In this document: piece by piece, positions 26,684 to 37,196 of the stretch
Position numbering within the stretch: position 1 is the stretch's first letter
Layout of the letters: the number at the start of each line of letters is the position of its first letter
Virus record (IMG/VR): IMGVR_UViG_3300049142_000058
Location: 7,909-71,908 of that record
DNA length: 64,000 bases
From: a virus
Lineage: Duplodnaviria; Caudoviricetes
Strand: one strand, 5' to 3'
Position numbers and translations under genes: made by a program
The notes under the pieces: generated by a model
The model's database searches: none
What the model saw: only the letters and a program-made list of their open reading frames with translations
Told to the model about the DNA's origin: nothing

Positions 26684-27700
26684 CTACGCGCTTACGGGAC
26701 CGAACTGCACCTTGACCTGCTCGCCCTTGCCGTCCGCGGTCACACTCAGGCCCGTGATCTTCATCCGCTGGGAGATGTTCCGGCACGTCGCCGTCGTCGC
26801 CACGTCCACACACCACCCGGGCACCAGCCGGGCAATGTCCACGCTCGTGTCCGGGGACAACGTCACCTCGGATGAGTCGATGTAGACCGGCACCGGCAGG
26901 GAGGAGTTCAACCGCGACTGCGCCGCCGCCTCCGCACTGGCCTGGTCCTTGATGCTGCTGTCCTGCACGGACCGCTCGATGAGCCCGTAGTACGGGTGGA
27001 TGCCGCCCGCCGTGCCCACCACCCCGGACGCCTCATCCCCGTACACCACCCACCGGGTGGCCATGGCGGTGCCGTCCTCCGCGACGCTCAGCCCGTCCGG
27101 GAGGTCCGCGTCGGTGATCAGGCCCACGCTCGCACTCCAGTTGTCCGGCATGAGCAGCAACGTCTCACCGAACGCGGTCCAGTCCATGCCGGAGTCCGCG
27201 AGGTCGCGCAGGTGGTCACCGCTCTGCCCGATGTCGGCCCGGTACTCACGAGATCCGGACACGCCGGAGTCCGCGAGCACGGTCACGGTGTGCCCGGGGT
27301 CATCCGGCTGGAACGCATCCGCGATCAGCCACTGCGCGATGTGCGTGAGGTCGGTGCTCGTAAACCGACGGTCCTCATGCGGAGTGCGCCGGTTGAGGAC
27401 AGACACGATGTCCGCCGCGGAGATGGTCACCGTGCCCACCCCCCAATTCGGTTGGATGATCTGCCCGCCCCACACGTAGGAGTCGTTGCGGTACAGGTGC
27501 AGCCAGTGCCGCATGGCCCGCATGTCCCCGAGCACGCCGCAGCAGTCCACGTCCGGCTCGATGGTCACGCTCGCCGTGCTCGCATCGTTGAGGACACGCG
27601 TCCACTGCACCCGGGTGAGGGTCTGCCCCTGCGTGAGAATCGCCCCGCCACGGTCAGCGATGTACGCGGTGTACTCCGCGGCGCAGCCAAGACCGGTCAC
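26684..27700 (-). CDS. Minor tail protein (Gp37-like/Tal position)
   Basis: LHLYRNDSYVWGG; follows the distal tail gene. Confidence 0.75.
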   Translation of the reverse strand: MTGLGCAAEYTAYIADRGGAILTQGQTLTRVQWTRVLNDASTASVTIEPDVDCCGVLGDMRAMRHWLHLYRNDSYVWGGQIIQPNWGVGTVTISAADIVSVLNRRTPHEDRRFTSTDLTHIAQWLIADAFQPDDPGHTVTVLADSGVSGSREYRADIGQSGDHLRDLADSGMDWTAFGETLLLMPDNWSASVGLITDADLPDGLSVAEDGTAMATRWVVYGDEASGVVGTAGGIHPYYGLIERSVQDSSIKDQASAEAAAQSRLNSSLPVPVYIDSSEVTLSPDTSVDIARLVPGWCVDVATTATCRNISQRMKITGLSVTADGKGEQVKVQFGPVSA

Positions 27701-29037
27701 AGGGCCCTCCCGGAGATGCCGAACGTCAACCGGGCGTCGGTAGCGGGGGGCTCGAACGCGTCGGTGGTGAGCAGCAGGCAGTACTCGGCGCAGTCCAGGA
27801 CCGGCCAGGACGGCGGCGCGCCGTCCCGCCCGAACACCGTGTTGGCGGAGGAGCAGGACCCGCCGCAGAACACCGTGGCCCGCCCCGTCTGCCCGTCAAG
27901 GACCAGCTCGGCCCCGGCCGGCAGGTAGTTCACGTTCCACTGCGCGTAGGGCTCACACCGTTTCCTCTCGGCGATCTCCGCGCACGTCAAGGCGCCGTCT
28001 ACGCCGGTCCGCTGGAACAGCGTCACGGTGAGGCGCCGAACGTCGCTGCTGCCCGCGTACAGGCTGATGATCGGCACGTCATCCGTCCACCCGTTCCGGT
28101 CGGACAGGTCGATGGGGTAGGTGGCCTCGTTGACGGCGAGCGCGTCACAGAAGCACGTCACGGGCGCTGACGGCACGGGCGGCGCCGCCGACAGGCAGCC
28201 GGGGTCCGCGCACCCGTCCTGAGAGTCCGCGCACGGCGCGAGCTGGCAGTCCCTGCACCCTGGCACCCAGTCCGGCAGCCGCGGGTCGTGGATGCACCAG
28301 TCGATACAGGCCCCGTCGGTGTCCGTCGGCAGCGCCACGTCGATGAGATCCACCGCGTCGGTGTACGCGAACGGGCTTGCGGCGGTCATCGTCCACTCCA
28401 CCTGCACGATGTCCGCACCCATGGCGCACGCGCCGCCGGAGCAGGAGCCGTCACCGTGGCGGCCGGTAACCCGCGGCCCGCCCGTGAGCGCCACTCGCCG
28501 GAACGTCCGGCGGTGCTGCCGGTTGAACTCATCCCGGGTCATCTCCTCCCCGGGACAGCACGCATACATCTCCACGCAGTCCCCGCCGCACTGGCTGCCC
28601 GTGCAGCCCTGCAACGCGGCCTTGAGGAACTGGAGCCCGTACTCCACGCCGCAGCACGTGGACCCGAGCAGGATGCCCGTGAACGTCAGCTCCCGCGGCT
28701 GCACGCGCGCCGGCCCGAGCGACCCGCCGCCCGTCACGGCCGTATTCACCGCCCTGGACACCGGGAAGTCGTCCACGCCTTCGACGCTGAGCAGAAGCAC
28801 GCCGGCGAACTCAAGGGACTCCGGCACGTCCGGGTCGTACCACGGCGCCGGAGTGAGCGGGTCATTCGGCGTGGTGTACGGCTGCCCGTCGTCATCCAGC
28901 ACCGCGGCGGTGAGCGTCTCGCAGGAGCAGATGTCCGCTCCGCTCGTGAGCGGCGAGCCCACCGTGTCCAGGTAGGCGCGCAGACGTGCATGGTTGACCA
29001 CCTCCGACCCGCCGACCCTCACGTAATCAGGGAGCAC
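27697..29037 (-). CDS. Distal tail protein, Cys-rich
   Basis: Follows the TMP; PAPWYDPDVPES.EFAG, GPARVQPREL, TMTAASPFAY. Confidence 0.75.
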   Translation of the reverse strand: MLPDYVRVGGSEVVNHARLRAYLDTVGSPLTSGADICSCETLTAAVLDDDGQPYTTPNDPLTPAPWYDPDVPESLEFAGVLLLSVEGVDDFPVSRAVNTAVTGGGSLGPARVQPRELTFTGILLGSTCCGVEYGLQFLKAALQGCTGSQCGGDCVEMYACCPGEEMTRDEFNRQHRRTFRRVALTGGPRVTGRHGDGSCSGGACAMGADIVQVEWTMTAASPFAYTDAVDLIDVALPTDTDGACIDWCIHDPRLPDWVPGCRDCQLAPCADSQDGCADPGCLSAAPPVPSAPVTCFCDALAVNEATYPIDLSDRNGWTDDVPIISLYAGSSDVRRLTVTLFQRTGVDGALTCAEIAERKRCEPYAQWNVNYLPAGAELVLDGQTGRATVFCGGSCSSANTVFGRDGAPPSWPVLDCAEYCLLLTTDAFEPPATDARLTFGISGRAL

Positions 29038-29051
29038 GAGAACACCTCTCC

Positions 29052-32000
29052 TCAGGTCAGGTTGGCCAGCGCGATACGGCGCATGACCACGCGGGCCGTC
29101 TGCTCCGGGTCGTTGGCCGCCTGCACGGTGATGTTGTTGGTGACGGAGGCGCCGCCGCGGCCGAGCCCGGCCAGGGCGGGACGGCCGTTCACCGGCAGCA
29201 CCACCCCGGCCCGGGTGAGGTCACCGACGGCGGGCTGGACGACGGGGCCGGCGACCACGTTGGACAGGGTGGACAGCTCCCCGGTGACCGCCTGCGCGAT
29301 GGAGCCCGCCGCGGTCCTGGCCGACGCCAGCACCTCCCGCATGCTGTCCACGAAGCCCAGGTTCAGGCCCTGCCCGGTGAGGCCGCCGATCTTCTTGAAC
29401 ACCACGGACGGGGACTTGATACCGAGGGCCTTGCGGATGGACTTCTGCATCGCCAAGGCGATGTCCACCATGAGCTTTTCGATGTCCTTCTGCTGGCCCT
29501 TCAACCCGGCCAGGAACCCCTTGCTGGCGTTCTTGCCGGCGTCGAACAGGCCATCCGCAGCGGTCTTGCCGAGCACGTTGCTGGCGCCCACAAGCTGCTT
29601 CTGGAGGCTGTTGATTCGCTTGAGGGTGTCCGTGGACTGGCTGGACAGGAACGACGCCAACTGCGCGCCCTGCTGCGGGCCGAGCCCCACGATCTGCGCC
29701 AGCAGGTCCTTACGCAGCCCGCGCTTACCCAGGGAAGCGATCTGCTTAGTGAAGGACTCCACCTGCCCGATGGCCTGGTCCAGACCCTCCGTGATGTTGA
29801 ACAGGTTCACCCCACCTTGCGTGAGGTTCTGGAGACTGAACCCCTGGAGCGCGGAGGCGGCGGTGTCCGTGGCGAACTTCTGCGCGTCGGCCAGCTTCTT
29901 GGCGATAGCGTCCCGCTGGTTGGCGAGCCCCACCAGCCTCTTGTTGCCGTCCGCCACGAGCTTGAGGAGCCGGTCGTCCAGCTTGGTGTTCTTGCCCTTG
30001 AACGCGTCCCGGATGTCCTGCGCGATCTTGTCCGTGGTCCGCTTGATCTCCGCCGCGGAGCCGGTCAGGCCGATGACGAAACCCTTGCCGGTGTCCTTAC
30101 CGATCTGGATGAACACCTTGGACGGCGAGCTGATCTTGAGGACGCTCTTCGCGGAGTCGATCGCGGAGGACACGACCTCCTTAGCCGCCGACGCGACGCT
30201 TCCGGCCATGGCCTTGACGCCGTTGATGAGTCCGCGCACCAGGTCCCGGCCCACACCCACCAGGGCGGACACCGCCCCGGACAGTGCGCCCCGGATCTTG
30301 CCGGGCAGGCCGGTGAAGAAGCTGACCACGTTGGACCCGGCAGTGCGCGCCGCGTTCAGCATGGACGTGCCGGCACTGCGCAGCGTGGCCCCGAGCCGAC
30401 TCGGCAGCGACGAAAGCACGGACACCGCGCGCCCGGGCAACTGCTGGAAGAAGGCGACCACGGAGGAGATGCCGGAGGACACCGCTGCCCGGCCGGCCGC
30501 CCACGCAGAGAAGAACAGCCCGGCGAGCCGGGATCCCAGGGAGGAGAGCGCCCCGAGCGCCCTGCCGGGCAGCTGCTGGAAGAAGGTGAGCACGGCGGAG
30601 ACGCCGGAGGACACCGCCGCCCGCCCGGCCGCCATCGCGGAGAAGAACAGCCCGGCGATGGTTGAGCCGAGGGAGGACAGCGCGCCGGCTACTCGGCCGG
30701 GCAGTTGGGTGAGGGTCAGGATCAGGTAGCCGATGGCGGTACCGATCACCGTGCCGATGAGCGCAGGCAGGGCCTGCAATCCGGCCATGATCTGGCCGGG
30801 CAGGCTGGTGAAGAAGGTCAGGATGGCCGTGCCCGCTGTCGTCAAGGCGGTCAGGATTGTCTGACCGAGCATGGACAGAAGCCCGAGAATTATTCCGGGA
30901 AGGCCCGTAAAGAAATTCAGAATGGTCTGGCCGACGGCGGTGAAAAACCCGCCTATTTGCCCTGGCAAGGCAGAAAAGAAACCGGGAATTGCCGTGACGA
31001 AATTGCTTACGGACGTAGCGACTTGGGTGACGAATCCGACGACGCCGACAAAGGCGGTCTTCAAGGCCGAGCCCACCGCGTTCACAACGTCCCGCACCGG
31101 CTGGAACCGCTGATACAGCAGGTACACGGCCAGCGCCACGCCTGCCACCGCGGCAGCGATCACCCCGAGCGGGGTAGCGACAAACGCCGCGTTCAACGCC
31201 AGCCACGCAGCCTGTGCCACGACCAGCGCCCCCCTGACGAGCATGAACGCCTTGACCAGTGCCGTCGTAGCAGCAGCCGCCACCAGCACCGGCGCAGCGA
31301 ACTCCACGACGGGAGCGACGATCTGCGCCAGGAGTGACACCAGCGGGGCGAGCGGAATGAGCAGGTCAGTCGCTGACCGGGCCAGGGAAGCTACCGCTGC
31401 CGCGGTCGGCGCCAGCGCAGGTGCCAGCTGGACCACGGCGTTCGCCATGTTCTGGAAGGCAACCGTCAGCTGAGGCAGGGCCGCGGATGCGGCACCGCCG
31501 AGCCCGGCCACCAACGTCTGAATCGCGGGCCCTGCGGTGGTCAGAATCGGCACCAGGGCCGGAGCGATCTGCCCTACCTGCCTGACCACCTCGCCCAGGA
31601 TCGGCCCGAGCTGCTGCCCGATGGTGGCCAGGGTGGTGAAGATGTTCCCTATCGCGGACTGCGCCGCGTCCGTGTTGACGAACGCAGCGACCTGCCCAGT
31701 GATCTGCTCCAGCCGTGTGAGAAACCCGGCCCCCGCAGAATCGGCAGCGCCGAACACCCCGGACAAGATGCTGCCCACGTTGGACGCGATCGCCCCGAGC
31801 TGCTGGAACACCGCCACGGCGTCCCGCACCCACACGACGGCCTGCCCCGAGGAGCCCGCCTCTTGCAGGAATTCCCCGAATCTCTGCCCGGCACTGCTGA
31901 TTGCCGAACCGAACTGCGCACCGAATGCGTTCGATATCGACGCAGCAACACGCAGGATTCCGGCCGTCAGCTTGTTGGTGGTCTGGGACAGGCCCTCAAC

Positions 32001-33002
32001 ACTTAGCCCGGTTGCGTCCAGGATGGACCGCACATTGGCCACGCCCTGCGTGCCCTGGACGTAACCGAGGACGCCCCGGGCCGCGTCACCCCACGCCGCG
32101 GAGATCCTGGTCAGGCCGGACTGCAACGGCCCCTGGAGGGCCTGCGCCGTCTTGGTGATCTGCCCGGTGATCTGCTCAAAGAACGCGTCTTGAACAGACG
32201 CCTTGAGGTCATCGAACGCAGGCTTCAACGCCCGCACCTCAAGGGCCGCCGCCTGCGCCGCCGGGCTCAGCTTCTCCAGCGTCTTCTGGAACGCCTCCGC
32301 GTCCCCTGTGAGCGCAGCGGAGAAGGCTTCGCTGACCCCGTCCAGCGCCAGCTTGAGGGTGCCGAGCGCAGCCTGATACCCGAGGATGACCGCCGGCGCA
32401 GCGGCGATGATGCCGACCGCCGGAGCCAGAGCCGCCGTCAACGCGATGACGCCCTGCGCTGCGCCCACCGCGGCGATGCCGATAGCGGCGATCCCAAGGC
32501 CGGACGCGAGGATGCCGGCCACCCTGCCGGCGATGCTGCCGAGGCCGGCGAGCGCCTGCGTGAACCGGTCCCGGTCCACGTTGGCGTTGACCGTGATCGT
32601 CGGTGCGACGTGCGCCCGTATTTGGGCGTCGAAGTCGTCCAGGTCCGGGACGACCCGGATGGACACCTCCTCACCCGCCAGGTGGGCACGGATCGCGTTC
32701 ACGAACCCGGCCATGTCCGGGTTCACAGGAACGGCAAGATCGTTCAGGTTGGCAATCGTGCTGAGTGATTGCACCTGCGCGTAGAAACGAGAGAGATCGG
32801 CCTCGATGCGGACCTGGATTGCACGCCTGAGATCGCGTTCGATGTTGCTGCGGATCCGACGACCGATGGTCCGGGTCGTGCGGTCAAGCGCCCGCTGAAT
32901 CCGCTGCCCGAGCTCCTCGGCGTCCGCCACCACCCCGGAGTCGTCCAGGGTGATGACAATCCGCGCCGAACCCGCAACGTCGTCACCGGCCGGGGTGCTC
33001 AT
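29052..33002 (-). CDS. Tape measure protein
   Basis: 1316 aa Ala/Gly-rich helical protein with periodic W/F repeats; LKISSPSKVF and LGIKSPSVVF motifs. Confidence 0.93.
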   Translation of the reverse strand: MSTPAGDDVAGSARIVITLDDSGVVADAEELGQRIQRALDRTTRTIGRRIRSNIERDLRRAIQVRIEADLSRFYAQVQSLSTIANLNDLAVPVNPDMAGFVNAIRAHLAGEEVSIRVVPDLDDFDAQIRAHVAPTITVNANVDRDRFTQALAGLGSIAGRVAGILASGLGIAAIGIAAVGAAQGVIALTAALAPAVGIIAAAPAVILGYQAALGTLKLALDGVSEAFSAALTGDAEAFQKTLEKLSPAAQAAALEVRALKPAFDDLKASVQDAFFEQITGQITKTAQALQGPLQSGLTRISAAWGDAARGVLGYVQGTQGVANVRSILDATGLSVEGLSQTTNKLTAGILRVAASISNAFGAQFGSAISSAGQRFGEFLQEAGSSGQAVVWVRDAVAVFQQLGAIASNVGSILSGVFGAADSAGAGFLTRLEQITGQVAAFVNTDAAQSAIGNIFTTLATIGQQLGPILGEVVRQVGQIAPALVPILTTAGPAIQTLVAGLGGAASAALPQLTVAFQNMANAVVQLAPALAPTAAAVASLARSATDLLIPLAPLVSLLAQIVAPVVEFAAPVLVAAAATTALVKAFMLVRGALVVAQAAWLALNAAFVATPLGVIAAAVAGVALAVYLLYQRFQPVRDVVNAVGSALKTAFVGVVGFVTQVATSVSNFVTAIPGFFSALPGQIGGFFTAVGQTILNFFTGLPGIILGLLSMLGQTILTALTTAGTAILTFFTSLPGQIMAGLQALPALIGTVIGTAIGYLILTLTQLPGRVAGALSSLGSTIAGLFFSAMAAGRAAVSSGVSAVLTFFQQLPGRALGALSSLGSRLAGLFFSAWAAGRAAVSSGISSVVAFFQQLPGRAVSVLSSLPSRLGATLRSAGTSMLNAARTAGSNVVSFFTGLPGKIRGALSGAVSALVGVGRDLVRGLINGVKAMAGSVASAAKEVVSSAIDSAKSVLKISSPSKVFIQIGKDTGKGFVIGLTGSAAEIKRTTDKIAQDIRDAFKGKNTKLDDRLLKLVADGNKRLVGLANQRDAIAKKLADAQKFATDTAASALQGFSLQNLTQGGVNLFNITEGLDQAIGQVESFTKQIASLGKRGLRKDLLAQIVGLGPQQGAQLASFLSSQSTDTLKRINSLQKQLVGASNVLGKTAADGLFDAGKNASKGFLAGLKGQQKDIEKLMVDIALAMQKSIRKALGIKSPSVVFKKIGGLTGQGLNLGFVDSMREVLASARTAAGSIAQAVTGELSTLSNVVAGPVVQPAVGDLTRAGVVLPVNGRPALAGLGRGGASVTNNITVQAANDPEQTARVVMRRIALANLT

Positions 33003-33063
33003 CGGGCAACCTCACCTGGGGTGGGGGTTGCCCGGTCTGCTACGCCAGCGGCTCAGCACCAGG

Positions 33064-33415
33064 TTAGCCGCTGACCGCGCGTCCTATCTGTGCGTCCTGC
33101 GTGGACATCGTCGACATGAGAGCCCGCACCGCATCCAGGTCCATGGCCCTGCCGCGCGCACGTCCGGCCGCCGGCTTCTTCTGGTGCCCGGGCGGCGGCG
33201 CGTACAGCTTGGCCCGGTTGCGCTGCCGTTCCCCGTCATCCGCCGCCGACTGATCAAGGCGCGCCTCCACCGCGGCGAGCAGCGTCCGCAGCCGCCACCC
33301 GTGGATGTCCACACCCTCAAGGGCCAACTGGCCCTCTAGCGCGTCCCAGGCGTCCGCCGCTGCTGAGGCGAGCCGGAGGACCGCCCAGTAGGGCGGTTGG
33401 ACGCCCCACCCCCGT
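33064..33415 (-). CDS. Tail assembly chaperone, -1 frameshift extension
   Basis: -1 frame relative to the upstream chaperone; ends just before the TMP. Confidence 0.6.
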
Positions 33416-33824
33416 ACAGCTCCGCCACCCACTCCATGAGCTCCGTGAGCACCCGCGCGGGCAACCGCAGCTGGTGCACCACCGTGGCGTCGGGGACACC
33501 CTGCGCGTACTCCTCCGCCGCGTCCCAGCTCGGGAAGGACTGCACCACCTTGCCGCCCACGACGACATCCGCGCGGTTGAACAGCTCCCGGGACTCCGGC
33601 GTCATGAGGTCCGACAGGAACGCCCGCAGCGCCCCCATGGCCTTGACCAGCTCCTTGGGATCGGCGTTCTCGCCGCCCCCGCTGACCGCTTTCTGTGACT
33701 CCCGCAGCCGGCCGTAAGCGTCCAGGAACTCATCCCCGTACACCTCCGCGACGAATCCGAGGACGATGTCCGTGCCGATCCTCGCCTCATGCGGCTCGGT
33801 GTTGAGGGAGAACGTTTTCTGCAT
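33336..33824 (-). CDS. Tail assembly chaperone
   Basis: MQKTFSLNTEPHEARIG...ELMEWVAELYGG; lies before the TMP. Confidence 0.75.
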   Translation of the reverse strand: MQKTFSLNTEPHEARIGTDIVLGFVAEVYGDEFLDAYGRLRESQKAVSGGGENADPKELVKAMGALRAFLSDLMTPESRELFNRADVVVGGKVVQSFPSWDAAEEYAQGVPDATVVHQLRLPARVLTELMEWVAELYGGGASNRPTGRSSGSPQQRRTPGTR

Positions 33825-33967
33825 GGCAGGGCCCCTATGTGCCTGTTGCACGGAGCCCGGTCTAATACGCCAGCAGCTACACCCCGCAGGGTAGCCGAGG
33901 CCCCCCTCACACGAGGACGGCTCCACCCCCGCCGACAGGGGTGGAGCCACAGGGCACTATGCGCGGG

Positions 33968-34357
33968 TCACAGCACCTGCCGCATCGCCTCCGCAAGGAA
34001 GTTGTCCCCCTCATAGCCGGGGTGCATCACCTGCCGGCGGTACAGGACGCTGCCCTCCACCTCGAACCTGAGCCTCCCTCCCGGCCGGCGCGCCCGGATG
34101 ATGTGAGGACGCGTCCCGAAGATCACGTACCGGGCTGCGGGGTGGCTGCACACCACCTCCGCCGTGAGCCCGCGGCCGGTCCCCTCGATGATCGGGTCCT
34201 CCACGTACTCACCCATGGACCCATGAGCGGCGCCGAGCTGCCGCGCCCGGTCCGCTACCCGGTTCGCGCGGCGCCGCAGGTTGCGCTCCACCACCCCACC
34301 GGGCAGCCGCAGGAACCGCTCCAGCCTCGTGCGGTCAATGGTCACCTTCACAGCCAT
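33968..34357 (-). CDS. HK97 gp10-like tail completion protein
   Basis: ARYVIFGTRPHIIR...VMHPG. Confidence 0.8.
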   Translation of the reverse strand: MAVKVTIDRTRLERFLRLPGGVVERNLRRRANRVADRARQLGAAHGSMGEYVEDPIIEGTGRGLTAEVVCSHPAARYVIFGTRPHIIRARRPGGRLRFEVEGSVLYRRQVMHPGYEGDNFLAEAMRQVL

Positions 34358-34947
34358 CAGATCACCCCCAGCGGCGGGCACGGCGCGCACCCGGGCAACG
34401 CCACCGTGACGCGCTGCTCGATCCCCACACAGCCGCCCTGCGGGCCCACCGCGCGGGACTGCCCCAGCACGAACTTGCGCCCACGCCGGCCGCCGCCCGT
34501 CGCCGGCACGCAGCACAGCAGCGCGGAGTACACCGTGGCCGCGTCCACGTGCAGCACCTGCGCCGCCCGCTCCAACTCCTCACATGAGGGCGGGCACCCC
34601 TCCTCCGTGGGGATCGGCGCGCACCGCAGCAGCGTCACCACCAGCTCCACCGCAGTCACCGGCGGCGGCACACACTCCCGCAGGTCCCGCACCGTGCGGT
34701 CCTCCGCGGGGAACGTCGTCACGGTGGACGGGTACACCCGGGCCATGCTCACGGACAGCTGACCCGTGTTACTGGAACAGGGGTCCTCGCAGCGGTCCCA
34801 CGCCGGCGCGCCGGGCACCACGCACGCGCCGCAGTCCGGGCAGCCGGGCTGCCCGTCGATGGTCGCCGCGGTGTCCTCGAGGGCGGCGCACACGCACGCC
34901 AGGACCTGCTTGGTCAACTCATGGATGGCCAACGGCTGTAGCGCCAC
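34357..34947 (-). CDS. Tail terminator/head-tail joining protein, Cys-rich
   Basis: Position in the module; AWD.C...GQL.V, VTLLRCAP. Confidence 0.65.
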   Translation of the reverse strand: MALQPLAIHELTKQVLACVCAALEDTAATIDGQPGCPDCGACVVPGAPAWDRCEDPCSSNTGQLSVSMARVYPSTVTTFPAEDRTVRDLRECVPPPVTAVELVVTLLRCAPIPTEEGCPPSCEELERAAQVLHVDAATVYSALLCCVPATGGGRRGRKFVLGQSRAVGPQGGCVGIEQRVTVALPGCAPCPPLGVI

Positions 34948-34960
34948 GGCGTCCTCCTCC

Positions 34961-35785
34961 TCACGGCCATGTCGTCGTCCTGGGGCGCCGGTAGTCCGGG
35001 CTCCAGACACGCGAGGGGGACGTCTGCCGGTAGGGGTTCACGACGGCGAGCCACTGGTCCACCAGGGGCAGGCCGGTGCGCATGCCGTCCAGGGCGGCGA
35101 TGGTGGCCGTCATGTCGATGTCCACGCCTTGCCGGGACACGCGGGTCACGTTGCGGTTGGTCGTCAGACGGCAGCCGCACGCCCCCGCCCCGCCGCACCC
35201 CTTGATGTAGTGGCACGTCAGCTCAGACACGGCCTGGAGCGCGAGCTCGTCCAGCGGCAGCCCAGTGCGGTAGGTGACGCAGAACGCCCCCTCCGTACCG
35301 CACGGCGCGCTCATCGTCTGGCAGTCCGGCCAGCAGCCGCCGTCCACGCGCACCAGCGTGTTGCCGTTGTCCACCCGGTAGGCGGTGCCGTCGTTGGGGA
35401 GCGTGACCCCGTTCAACTGCACGGACACGATGTCGTACACCGGCCCCTCAAGGCGTACCTCGCACAGCTCCTCACAGGAGCAGTCCGAGGAGCAGCCGCA
35501 GGGGGACGCGTTGTGCCACTGCCCGTCCACCATGTACGGGAACAGCCCGCCGCCGTACCCGGCCCGTGAGTCGACGAACAGCGGGAAGTCGTCCATGCAG
35601 GACTTGCGGCACGGTCTCACCGTGAGGGGGCAGGACGGCCCGAGCCGGCGCCCTGAGAGCGCCCACAGGATGCGCGTCGCCAGGAGCTGCCACTTGGCCA
35701 CCGTCTCCTCGTCCACGTCCTCCGGCAGCGTGCAGCAGGACATGTCCAACGGGCCCCACGGTTCGCAGGGGTTGCTCTGGAGCAC
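34961..35785 (-). CDS. Head-to-tail adaptor, Cys-rich
   Basis: ILWALSGRR, VTRVSRQGV, TGL.LVDQWL..VNP. Confidence 0.75.
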   Translation of the reverse strand: MLQSNPCEPWGPLDMSCCTLPEDVDEETVAKWQLLATRILWALSGRRLGPSCPLTVRPCRKSCMDDFPLFVDSRAGYGGGLFPYMVDGQWHNASPCGCSSDCSCEELCEVRLEGPVYDIVSVQLNGVTLPNDGTAYRVDNGNTLVRVDGGCWPDCQTMSAPCGTEGAFCVTYRTGLPLDELALQAVSELTCHYIKGCGGAGACGCRLTTNRNVTRVSRQGVDIDMTATIAALDGMRTGLPLVDQWLAVVNPYRQTSPSRVWSPDYRRPRTTTWP

Positions 35786-35883
35786 CTCGGCGCCTCCTCG
35801 ACGCGATAGCGGGGCGCCCGCCACCGCCCGCACCCCTCACGGGGCGAACGGGCGGCAGACGGGCGCTCAGGGCGTTGAGAGGG

Positions 35884-36570
35884 TCACGGGACGGGGACGG
35901 GCACCGGCACGTAGTCACAGGACGGCACCGGCGGCGCCACCGTCGTAAGGAACGTCCGGCGGTGGCAGGCAGCCCCGAGCGGGGTGAGCATCGGCCCCGG
36001 CGTGCCGGCCGCGTCCTGCTCCTGCACGTCGTACGGGCCCGTGCCCCAGTTACCGCCCGCCTTGGTGGAGCCGGTGACCTGGAGGGTGACCGCCTCCGAG
36101 CCGATCTCCAGGTCCCCGAGGAGCCCGTTCGTCACGAAGGGCAAGAGGAAGTAGAGCCACTGCCCCTCCGCGCCCTCCGCGCACTCCTCGCCCAACACTT
36201 CCGCCCACAGCTCCAACGCAAAGCCCGTGTTGCACCGGATGCTGCACGTGTCGAAGCCGATGGGGTTGCCGGCGTAGTCCAGGTACACCGGGTTGCCGGT
36301 GAGGATCTCGATCATCTCCGGGGACACGGAGAACACATTCAATTCCAGGTCAAAGCCCCGGAACGTGGGACAGCCTCGCTTGAACCCGCACACCTTGCCG
36401 TTGGCGGCCTTGTACTCGATGTCGTCGCCGTCGTCGGAGTTGTTGTTCATGGCGAGGCTGGAGAAGCACTCGAACACGAACCCGTTGTCCGGGCCGGGGA
36501 TGGGGTTACCGCACTGGTCCAGGCGCGTGATGCGCATGACGTCGGCGTTTGCGATGAGCGGACAGCTCAT
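35884..36570 (-). CDS. Major tail (tube) protein
   Basis: MRITRLDQCG, ANGKVC, FALELWAE, YFLLPFV; preceded by a conserved promoter. Confidence 0.8.
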   Translation of the reverse strand: MSCPLIANADVMRITRLDQCGNPIPGPDNGFVFECFSSLAMNNNSDDGDDIEYKAANGKVCGFKRGCPTFRGFDLELNVFSVSPEMIEILTGNPVYLDYAGNPIGFDTCSIRCNTGFALELWAEVLGEECAEGAEGQWLYFLLPFVTNGLLGDLEIGSEAVTLQVTGSTKAGGNWGTGPYDVQEQDAAGTPGPMLTPLGAACHRRTFLTTVAPPVPSCDYVPVPVPVP

Positions 36571-36597
36571 GGCCTGCGACCTCCGGAAGTGGAGTTC

Positions 36598-36640
36598 GCT
36601 CGGCCGAATACACCAGGCAGCGGTACCGAACAGGATAGCG
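36598..36640 (-). promoter_or_regulatory. Conserved late promoter (near-identical to 47540-47583)
   Basis: GCTCGGCCGAATACACCAGGCAGCG-N5/6-GAACAGGATAGCG in both places. Confidence 0.7.
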
Positions 36641-36725
36641 GCGCCCCGGCCGGTGAGCAGGGGCGCCGTGGTGGGGACTACATGGGGGCCGTCGCCGGCG
36701 CGTGCACCGTGCCCCCGCCGTCAGG

Positions 36726-37196
36726 TCAGGCCACCCTTGCGTACCTCAGAGTGGTCTGCTGGAGGTCGCCGGAACCGATCCCGGCCACCTCAGTGGTCCC
36801 CCTGATGTCGATCCGTGCGGCCTCCACCCGGACCGTCCTCGGCGAAGTGGTCGCGTACTCCACGCTGATCCCGGCGGAGCTGTTCCACTGCAAGGCCGTG
36901 GCGGACCCCTCAGCGAACTCAGCGATCTGCACCACGATGACCTCACTGCCTGGCACGACGGCGCCCGCGGTCACGTCCCACAGCCGGGCGACGATGACCG
37001 CGTTCTCACCCGTGGACATCCTGCCGAGGTTGCCCCGCACCATCGCGTCCAGGTGGTACGTGCCGGGCGCAGGGAGCGCGAGGGACAGCCCCAAGTCGAC
37101 GAACGCGCCGGAGGCCGCCGGCATGAGGTCCACGCCCGCCGGCAGCACTGCGAACCCGTGACCGCGCATGGTGAGACTGGATGCTGTTCCGGTCAT
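36726..37196 (-). CDS. Virion accessory beta-sandwich protein (paralog 4)
   Basis: LPAPGTYHLDA.VRG...LWDVTAGA.VPGS. Confidence 0.65.
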   Translation of the reverse strand: MTGTASSLTMRGHGFAVLPAGVDLMPAASGAFVDLGLSLALPAPGTYHLDAMVRGNLGRMSTGENAVIVARLWDVTAGAVVPGSEVIVVQIAEFAEGSATALQWNSSAGISVEYATTSPRTVRVEAARIDIRGTTEVAGIGSGDLQQTTLRYARVA

